Positions 57,273-64,000 of a DNA stretch of 64,000 nt are shown here, in pieces. Origin of the DNA: an uncultured Acidobacteriota bacterium (GTDB lineage Bacteria; Acidobacteriota; Terriglobia; Terriglobales; Acidobacteriaceae); the NCBI GenBank assembly GCA_963716405.1, contig CAVQTI010000014.1, positions 350,885 through 414,884 of the forward strand. Reading direction: 5' to 3'. A program made the position numbers and the translations under genes. Under the pieces are notes generated by a model. It saw only the letters and a program-made list of their open reading frames with translations, was not told the DNA's origin and ran no database searches. Position 1 is the first letter of the stretch. The number at the start of each line of letters is the position of its first letter.

Positions 57273-59390
57273 TTAACGCGCGGACGCTAGCGCCTGCTGC
57301 GTGGCCTCCAGCAGCGCCTCCGGGCCGACCGGACGTCCCGTGGCGCGTTCCATCCACAGGTCCGGCGTGATGCGGCCCATCCTCGCCATGCGCTCGAACT
57401 CCGGGCCGATGCTTCCCGCTTTTTTCATTTGCTCTTCGATCTGGAACGCGATCATGTGGCCGATTGGATAATCGGGAAGATAGAGGAACGAATCGATCAT
57501 GTGCGAATAAACTCCGAGCAGAACGACGTCGTTCTTGTGGAAGACCGGCGCGTAGTAACGGTTCCAAATGTCTTTCGCGATTTGCACTGTAGCTTGATCG
57601 AGTTGCTCAGGCGTAGCTTGCGGATGGTCGTACATCCAGTGCCAGACGCTCATGTCCACGAGCGCGACACCAGCGATTTCGTAAGTACCCCAGAAATCGT
57701 TTAGAGTTTTTTCGGCTAGGCTTTTGGCGTCGGGCGCGGGCAGACCGAGCAGTTCGAGGTCGTGTCCCTGAAATACAAAGGCGAGCGCTTCGGTGAAAGC
57801 CGTGTTGGGCACGCCTTGCAGCAACGTGAAATCGTTGTCGTTCAGCGAGAAGGTTTGCTCTACGTTATGCCCCATTTCGTGCACAGCGATGTTGAATCCT
57901 TTGTAGTTCATACCGGTTTTTTCCACGCGGGTGCGCAAGTGAGCTTTTTCCGCGCGCATGGACGAACCCATGGCGTGTCCCGAGCCGCGAGCCGGGTCAA
58001 CGATGATGTTGTTCGCGACATGCTGCGCGCGGTCGGGCGCGAACCCAAGCTTGATAAGCAAATTAGGAATGTCTTTCTGATATGCCTCAGCGGTCGGATA
58101 TTTTTTCGCGACTATCTCATCAAGCTGCGCCTCGGTGTATTGGCTTCCCGGACGAAATCCGTTGTACCAGATGTCGAATGGCTCGAGCGGACGGCCTAGC
58201 CGAGTTTGAATCAGTTGCGCGGTTTGCGCGACCAGCGGCGAACTCAGCACTTGCTCCAGCATCGACTTTTACGCGCACTTCGGGAATCTCGCGATCTTCC
58301 TGGAAGCGCCGGTCGATCAGCGTGGGCGCGGTCGGGGAATAAGGATCAGCTTTTCTCGACGCGATGTAAGTTTTGAGCAACTTGGCGTAACGCGTGTCGG
58401 GTTCGGGCGAGTTCGTAATCGGGCGATTGTCGGAGGCTGCGGCATCCGAATCTTTCGCCGCCGCGGGCTTCACTTCGTTGCTGTATGGATTCCAGTCCAC
58501 CATGGGATTGTTGATCACAATCTGCGGAATGGTTTGCGTAACAATCCGTTCCATCACCTGCTGAATCATCCGCTGTTTGGCAAGGCCGTTCTGCTTGTCG
58601 GAATAATCCGCCTTTATTTCGTCGCGCAGGTTCCAGTGGCTCAGCAGCCGCATCTTCGCCGGGAAAAGACGCTGTCCTTGCGGATCAAGCAGGTGATACA
58701 TCCAAATGTTGTATTGGGCGACGTACTGCGCGGATTCGGCTGCGGCCTGGGCAATGCCCAGGTTGACGTCAGCTGGAATGCGTTTGTCAAAGCGCTCTGC
58801 GAGGCGAACCTCGGCCCATTGGCGGCGGGTCCAGTTCGGTCCATTCTTCAGACGTTCGTCGAGCGTAGTTAGTGGAAAGTTCAGCAGAACGATAAAGGCG
58901 ATTTTGTTATTAAAGAAATCATCGAGCACATGGGCGGAAGGGTCGTAACCGGCGAACATTTCGTCGAAGGGAAGCACCGGGCCGAGATCGAGATCGGATT
59001 GCTGGTTGAACTCGCGACTAATCTCGTGCATGTGGCCATCGAGTTGTTCGAGCAAGCTTTGAAAGCGGTTGAACATGGTATCGAGAGTAGCTTGGTCGCC
59101 GGCAAAATTTGTGTGAATGAATTCCTCGAACGTGGCAGCATCGCCGTCATCCGTGCGCCAGAATTCGGCAACCTGATGCAAACCTTGTTCAATTCTGGCC
59201 CGCCTGTTGGCCGCCGTATTTGGCGGTTAATTCCTTTTGTAGCTTGGCGGTTGAGTCGTTCATCCACGACGGTGAGACAGTTGCGGCGGAGGTGGAAGCG
59301 TTCTGCATCAAAATCTCCTCTGAAAAAAGTGGAACCGTAAACGAAAAAAGTGCAACCGCTAACAACGTCAGACAGATAGCGTGCTTTCAT
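57273..59390 (-). pseudogene. secreted gluzincin metallopeptidase (HEMGH...E, M2/M3-like), reading frame broken three times
   Basis: The three listed ORFs (58881..59390, 58120..59181, 57273..58262) tile one protein of about 705 aa. The active site is VHEMGHNVEQ with a downstream TEA. A proper signal peptide (KHAICLTLLAVALFSFTVPLFS) appears only after a frame shift right behind the ATG. Confidence 0.65.
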
Positions 59391-61138
59391 TTCCTGCTCC
59401 TTAATGCCGAGTCGGGCTGCGGATAAGGCAAGGAATTGCTGAACTCGGAGATGTCAGAAGTTGCGAAGTCGGGGAAAGGCAGCTTATGGTTCTCCCGCCA
59501 TTGTTCAACTTCGCGCGAGACGGCAGCGGCTTTATCGTGATCGACGCCGTGATCGCGCCCTAGATAAACTGTGCGAGAGGGAAAGGCCAAACTGGTGCCC
59601 GAAGCCTCGATGATATCGGCGATTCTGAGCAGCAGGTCTTCCTGGATAGCCAGAAATTCCGCGCCATCGCGAGTCAGAACATAGCAAAAGATTTCGAGAG
59701 CCAGCGCGTTGTTATCGAACCCAATAAATCGGATGCGGGCGCCGTCGGTTTCAACCTTGGGATGTTCATAAAGCAGGCGTCGAATCTGGGCCAGCACGTA
59801 ACGCAGTTGGTCTGCCGAAGTTTCGTAGCGCAGTCCCAGCTTGGTGTTGAAAAGAATTTTGTCGCGTCGGCTCAGGTTCTCGATGTTCATGGTAGCGAGC
59901 GAGCCGTTGGGAATGGATAGCTCGGTCCGTTCCGGAGTGCGAATGCGAGTGGAGCGCAGGCTGATGTCTTCGACCGTTCCAGTCCGGTCGCCAAAGCGGC
60001 AAATGTCGCCAATGTGAATGACTTCGTCTCCGAGAAGCGAAATGCCTCCGAAAAGATTCTCGAGCGTTTTCTGCGCGGCAAATGCAACCGCAATTCCGCC
60101 GATTCCCAATCCGGCCAGCGCGGTGGTCATGTTGAAGCCAAGGGTGGTAAGGATGAGAAAGACAGCGAGGATCAGAATCAGCGCTTTCAGAATGCGCTCG
60201 CCCAACAGCATCACCGATCCCGTGCCCGCTCGTCCCGCATAAATAGCGCGTTCTCGAACTCCTCTTGCTAGGCGCTGCAAAATCCGCCACAGCAGCCAGT
60301 TGAAGCCGATAATCAACACCACCCCAATAGCCATCTGGTAGTAGTGGCGCGGTAGCAGCGGCAGACGAAGATACCTCACGCAAACCGCATGGATGATCGC
60401 AGTGAGTACAAGCCATAGCGGACTGGAAATGGCAGCCCACACCGGGCTCAAGGATTGTTTATGGCGTCGCAGCCAAATGTATCGAGGAAATTTCAGTAGT
60501 TTGACAGCAAGCCAGCCCAGACCCGCGGCAAATGGAATGGCAAGCAGAATCGCGAGCCATTGCCATACCGCTATGCCCGCGAACTCATTGTGGACAAGAA
60601 ATCCAGGAAGTTTGGTTTCCACCCGGCGCACCTGAACTTGCTCGTAGAGGTCGGGAATTTTGGCCAAGGTGTCGGACGAAATTAGCCAAATCCGCCCGCC
60701 GCCTGCGTCAGGAACGTGGACCAGAGTCAGATCGTCATCAATGTCGCCAGCAGAAAGAACTCCGATCCGCTGCCGGTCGAGCGGAACACCCTCCTGCGGA
60801 GTCCCGTCGCGCTGATTGCTGATCGCTCTCAAATCGCCGGTGAAAGCGCGATCCATGACCAGTTTCAGTTTGGTGGCGAGATCTTCTCCTTGGGTGAGCC
60901 GACGGGCGCTCGTCATTTGCAAATATTGCGCGGCAGTCGAGTAGTTTCCCGCCTGCGCAGCCTGCAAGAATCCGTACACTGTTCCGCTGGGCGTATCGCG
61001 ACCTAGCGGATCGCGCGCTGCATTCGCGGTTCCGGGCGCAGGCGTGGTTAACTGTGTGGGCACAAGTTGCCCGACAGCCATAGCCGAAAGGGCTATATAA
61101 AAGAGAAGCCAGTGGGCTCGTTTAAGAAGAAAAGACAT
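59387..61138 (-). CDS. MscS-family mechanosensitive channel protein
   Basis: From ATG 61138. It has a signal peptide and a large N-terminal region. The MscS core reads LENLFGGISLLGDEVIHIGDICRFGDRTGTVEDISLRSTRIRTPERTELSIPNG. Its stop overlaps the peptidase ATG as ATGA. Confidence 0.8.
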   Translation of the reverse strand: MSFLLKRAHWLLFYIALSAMAVGQLVPTQLTTPAPGTANAARDPLGRDTPSGTVYGFLQAAQAGNYSTAAQYLQMTSARRLTQGEDLATKLKLVMDRAFTGDLRAISNQRDGTPQEGVPLDRQRIGVLSAGDIDDDLTLVHVPDAGGGRIWLISSDTLAKIPDLYEQVQVRRVETKLPGFLVHNEFAGIAVWQWLAILLAIPFAAGLGWLAVKLLKFPRYIWLRRHKQSLSPVWAAISSPLWLVLTAIIHAVCVRYLRLPLLPRHYYQMAIGVVLIIGFNWLLWRILQRLARGVRERAIYAGRAGTGSVMLLGERILKALILILAVFLILTTLGFNMTTALAGLGIGGIAVAFAAQKTLENLFGGISLLGDEVIHIGDICRFGDRTGTVEDISLRSTRIRTPERTELSIPNGSLATMNIENLSRRDKILFNTKLGLRYETSADQLRYVLAQIRRLLYEHPKVETDGARIRFIGFDNNALALEIFCYVLTRDGAEFLAIQEDLLLRIADIIEASGTSLAFPSRTVYLGRDHGVDHDKAAAVSREVEQWRENHKLPFPDFATSDISEFSNSLPYPQPDSALRSRK

Positions 61139-61250
61139 GAATCCTTCTCCACGGGTAGGACGATTGCAAACACTGCGCTCCCGACAAGTGGTCTTATAGA
61201 GAAAATTCATTGTACCGAAGGTATTGTTATTTCGTGGAAACAGCGGATCA

Positions 61251-62675
61251 CTAGCGCTTGGGCCGGTATACGTGCGTGCTGGTGCCGAAGAAAACTTCAG
61301 CCGATTCCATTACCGTTTCCGAGAGCGTGGGATGCGGATGGATGGTCAGCGCAATATCATGAGCGAGCGCGCCCATTTCGATGGCAAGCACTCCCTCGGC
61401 AATGAGTTCGCCGGCGCCGACTGCCGACAATCCCCACGCCCAGCACACGCTCGGTTTGCGGATCGATGATCAGCTTGGTCGTGCCTTCGGTTCGGTCGAG
61501 CGTCATGGCGCGCCCAGACGCGCCCCAGGGAAATTTGGCCACTTTGATTTCGCGATTGTCTTTTTGCGCCTGCGTTTCGGTGAGGCCGCACCAGGCAATC
61601 TCGGGATCGGTGAAAACGACGGCGGGGATGGCGTTGGGCTCGAAGGCAACTTTGTGTCCGGCGATGGCTTCAACGGCGGTGCGTCCTTCGTGCGAAGCTT
61701 TGTGCGCGAGCATGGGTTCGCCGACCACGTCGCCGATTGCGTAAATTGCGGGATCGTCGGTTTGAAGCTGCTTGTTCACTTGAATGAATCCGCGCGGGCC
61801 GACCTTTACTTGCGTCTTTTCTAGTCCCGGAATTTCGGAATTTGGTTTTCGTCCCACGGAAACTAGAACTTTGTCGAACACTCTCTCGCGTTCTTTCACC
61901 TCTGGTCCGTCGAAGGTTACGCGTATTCCGCCGGATTCTTCTTTCACAGCGGAGACGGTAGTGTTAAGCAGGATGGAATCAAAAATCTTTTCCATTCGCT
62001 TGTGCAAAGGCAGAACGAGATCGCGATCCGCTCCAGGCAAGAGTCCGGGAAGCATCTCGACCACCGACACTTTGCACCCGAGCGCGGCATATACCGTGCC
62101 CAGTTCGAGGCCGATGTATCCGCCGCCAATCACCAACAAAGTGCCTGGGACGTCGCTCAAATCCAAGGCGGAAGTCGAATCCATCATGCGCGGAGTTTCG
62201 AGCTTGAGGCTGGGAATGATCGCGGGTCGCGAGCCGGTGGCGATGACGATGCGGTCGAAGGTCAGCGACTCTTCACTTCCGTTGGCTCGGCTGATTCGTA
62301 AGAGTATTGGAATTTTCGAATGCGGCCCGGCCCTGAATGTACTCGACTTTTCTTTGCTTCGAGAGCTGGCCCAAGCCCGCCGGTCAATTTCTTGATGACG
62401 CCGTCTTTCCACGTCCGCAGGCGCGGCAAGTCGATCTTCGGCTCGCTGTAGTCGATGCCCCAGTTCTTCGCGTGGCGCGATTCGTCGATCAACTTGGCGA
62501 CGTGGAGCAGCGCCTTCGAAGGAATGCATCCGCGATACAGGCACACGCCGCCCGGATTTAGTTCCGGATCGATCAGCGTAACTTTCATTCCGAGGTCGGC
62601 AGCGAGGAACGCGGCCGCGTAGCCCCCTGGTCCGCCGCCGATTACCGCGATGTGCAAGTTCGATGTTTCTGTCAT
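61251..62675 (-). pseudogene. lpdA: dihydrolipoyl dehydrogenase (E3), reading frame broken three times
   Basis: The N-terminus reads AVIGGGPGGYAAAFLAADLGMKVTLID...GGVCLYRGCIPSKALL (redox disulfide). The middle domain (LLVIGGGYIGLELG) is in the frame of ORF 61357..62712. The C-terminal interface domain ([33 protein letters not shown]) is in ORF 61251..61448. Confidence 0.85.
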
Positions 62676-62705
62676 AGAAAATCGATTGTGTAGTCAACAA
62701 AGCTC

Positions 62706-62908
62706 TTGTCATCCTGAGCGAAGTTGCCCGCGCGAAGCGAGGGCAACGCAGTCGAAGGATCCCGGGAAGTCAGTTTAAGCAAAGCGCGTACAGGAGTTCG
62801 TACAATAAAAATGCCTTGCGGCGATCATCCTGGCGGAAACAGCTCAGAGGTCCTTCGACTCCGAGGCTGCCGCGCTTCGCGCGGCAGCCTTTCCGCTCAG
62901 GATGACAA
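62706..62908. repeat. Family C MITE-like element, both arms
   Basis: The left arm is TTGTCATCCTGAGCGAAG-GTTGCCCgcgcgaagcgaGGGCAAC-GCAGTCGAAGGATCC. The right arm is GGTCCTTCGACTCCGA-GGCTGCCGCGCttcGCGCGGCAGCC-TTTCCGCTCAGGATGACAA. It fills the E2-lpdA spacer. Confidence 0.85.
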
Positions 62909-62923
62909 ATTACGTAGTGCGTT

Positions 62924-64000
62924 TCATCCTTGAACCGACAGCAGGAACGGTTGTTCAAAAGCTTCCGCGATCCAGCGTAGAAAGCGGGCGGCATCGGCGC
63001 CGTCGATCAGTCTATGGTCATACGATAAAGACACTGGCAGCACCAGTCGCGGCTCGAACTTGCCATTGAGCCACACCGGCTCGGTGCTTGAACGCGACAG
63101 GCCGAGGATCGCGACTTCGGGATAATTTACGATGGGAGAAAATCCCGTGCCTCCGATTCCGCCGAGATTAGTGATGGTAAATGTGCCGCCTTCCATCTCA
63201 GCCAGGCTGAGCTTCTTATCCTTCGCTTTGCGGGAAAGCTGCGTGAGTTCGGTGGCAAGTTCGACAATGTTTTTCTTGTCGACATCGCGAATCACCGGCA
63301 CCAGTAGTCCGCGGTCGGTATCGACGGCCACGCCAATATTGATGAATTGCTTGTAGACGATCTCATCTTTTGCCAAATCGATGCTGGCATTGAACTGAGG
63401 AAATATTTTCAGCGCAGACGAGCAGACCTTGAGCGCGATCGCCGTGACCGTCATCTTGCCGCCGGCTTCCTCGGCTTTCGGCGCAAAGCGCGCGCGCAAG
63501 TGTTCTAGTTCCGTAATGTCGGCTTTATCATGCTGCGTTACGTGAGGAACAGTGGTCCATGCCTGCCACAAATGTTCGGCGGTTTTGCGCCTCACCCCAC
63601 GAATCGAAACCCGCTCAACCTTCCCCCACTTGGTGAAATCAGGCAATTCCGGCTGCGCGAATTGCGCTCCGCGCGGCGTCTGCGCGGCCGCTGTAGTAGC
63701 TGCGAGCAACGACTTCGAATGAGACTTAACGTCATTTTCACTGATGCGCCCGCCGGGTCCGGTTCCTTTTACTTCATGAATTTCAATTCCAAGTTCACGC
63801 GCCAGCCGTCGGACATGCGGCGCCGCAGGTACCGGATCACGATGCTCGCTTCCCGCAACCTTTTCCAGTTGCGCAGGCATGGCGAAGCTCGGAAGAATCG
63901 GCTGCGGCTGATCGGGCGGCAGCGCTTGTTCTTCCGTCTTACCTTCGGCGTGGATGGCAGCCTGAAAAGCGAGGCGTGCCCCTTGCTGCCCCGAAACGTG
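62924..64000 (-). CDS. 2-oxoacid dehydrogenase E2 (dihydrolipoamide acyltransferase), C-terminal part; gene runs off the right edge
   Basis: It has an E3-binding domain (APHVRRLARELGIEIHEVKGTGPGGRISENDV) and a catalytic domain with DHRLIDGADAARFL. The frame stays open upstream of the listed ATG 63880 to position 64000, and no lipoyl domain is present yet. Confidence 0.85.
   Translation of the reverse strand, partial: HVSGQQGARLAFQAAIHAEGKTEEQALPPDQPQPILPSFAMPAQLEKVAGSEHRDPVPAAPHVRRLARELGIEIHEVKGTGPGGRISENDVKSHSKSLLAATTAAAQTPRGAQFAQPELPDFTKWGKVERVSIRGVRRKTAEHLWQAWTTVPHVTQHDKADITELEHLRARFAPKAEEAGGKMTVTAIALKVCSSALKIFPQFNASIDLAKDEIVYKQFINIGVAVDTDRGLLVPVIRDVDKKNIVELATELTQLSRKAKDKKLSLAEMEGGTFTITNLGGIGGTGFSPIVNYPEVAILGLSRSSTEPVWLNGKFEPRLVLPVSLSYDHRLIDGADAARFLRWIAEAFEQPFLLSVQG

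Noticed and set aside
58881-59390. 169-aa ORF treated as an independent gene
   Set aside because: Only its ATG and first two codons belong to the peptidase. The rest is an out-of-frame read-through. The +1 frame gives a proper signal peptide and continues into the peptidase.
2541-62380. Programmed ribosomal frameshifting or recoding at the twelve frame breaks
   Set aside because: There are no shared slippery heptamers or downstream stimulatory structures. The affected genes are unrelated, and none is known to use +1 recoding. Insertion-type error or true frameshift mutation is the simpler explanation.
484-62908. Possibility that the recurring palindromic repeats form a CRISPR array
   Set aside because: The copies are kilobases apart and in both orientations. 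They belong to at least five different families and have no regular repeat-spacer periodicity. No cas genes are present.

Overview
A 64-kb, fairly GC-rich chromosomal window. The gene content and short palindromic repeat families look acidobacterial, but that is inference from memory, not a search.

Most of the window is housekeeping:
- Replication and transcription: dnaB (5' part, runs off the left edge) and the dnaG-rpoD pair.
- Metal efflux: a czcCBA-type heavy-metal RND operon.
- Core metabolism and translation: guaA, cinA, pgpA, yacG, rimO, thpR, plsY-gpsA, ftsY, ribD-ribE, mobA.
- Transport and signalling: fetAB, an HD-GYP protein, a LytS/LytTR pair, an MscS-family channel.
- Right end: lpdA plus a 2-oxoacid dehydrogenase E2 gene that runs off the right edge.

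I found no rRNA, tRNA, CRISPR array, transposase, integrase or phage genes.

Three things stand out:
1. **Candidate Fe(II)-oxidation operon, 47.7-57.1 kb.** A tightly packed plus-strand operon follows a roughly 620-bp AT-rich leader. It encodes a Cyc2-like fused monohaem cytochrome/outer-membrane beta-barrel, a dihaem cytochrome c, a cupredoxin, an aa3-type oxidase (coxB, coxA, two subunit III genes, subunit IV), a small CxxC membrane protein, haem O synthase and an unknown membrane protein. The order parallels the Acidithiobacillus ferrooxidans rus operon. This is my candidate for an undescribed extracellular electron-uptake/Fe(II)-oxidation module in this lineage.
2. **At least five families of short palindromic MITE/REP-like repeats** fill intergenic spacers. 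Pieces of two families sit in frame inside dnaG.
3. **Twelve reading-frame breaks in eight otherwise intact genes** (czcA, TIG-NHL, ribD, ribE, mobA, DUF2127, a gluzincin peptidase x3, lpdA x3). All are net +1 and about half sit in short homopolymers. That points to insertion-type assembly errors rather than decay, but it needs read-level confirmation.
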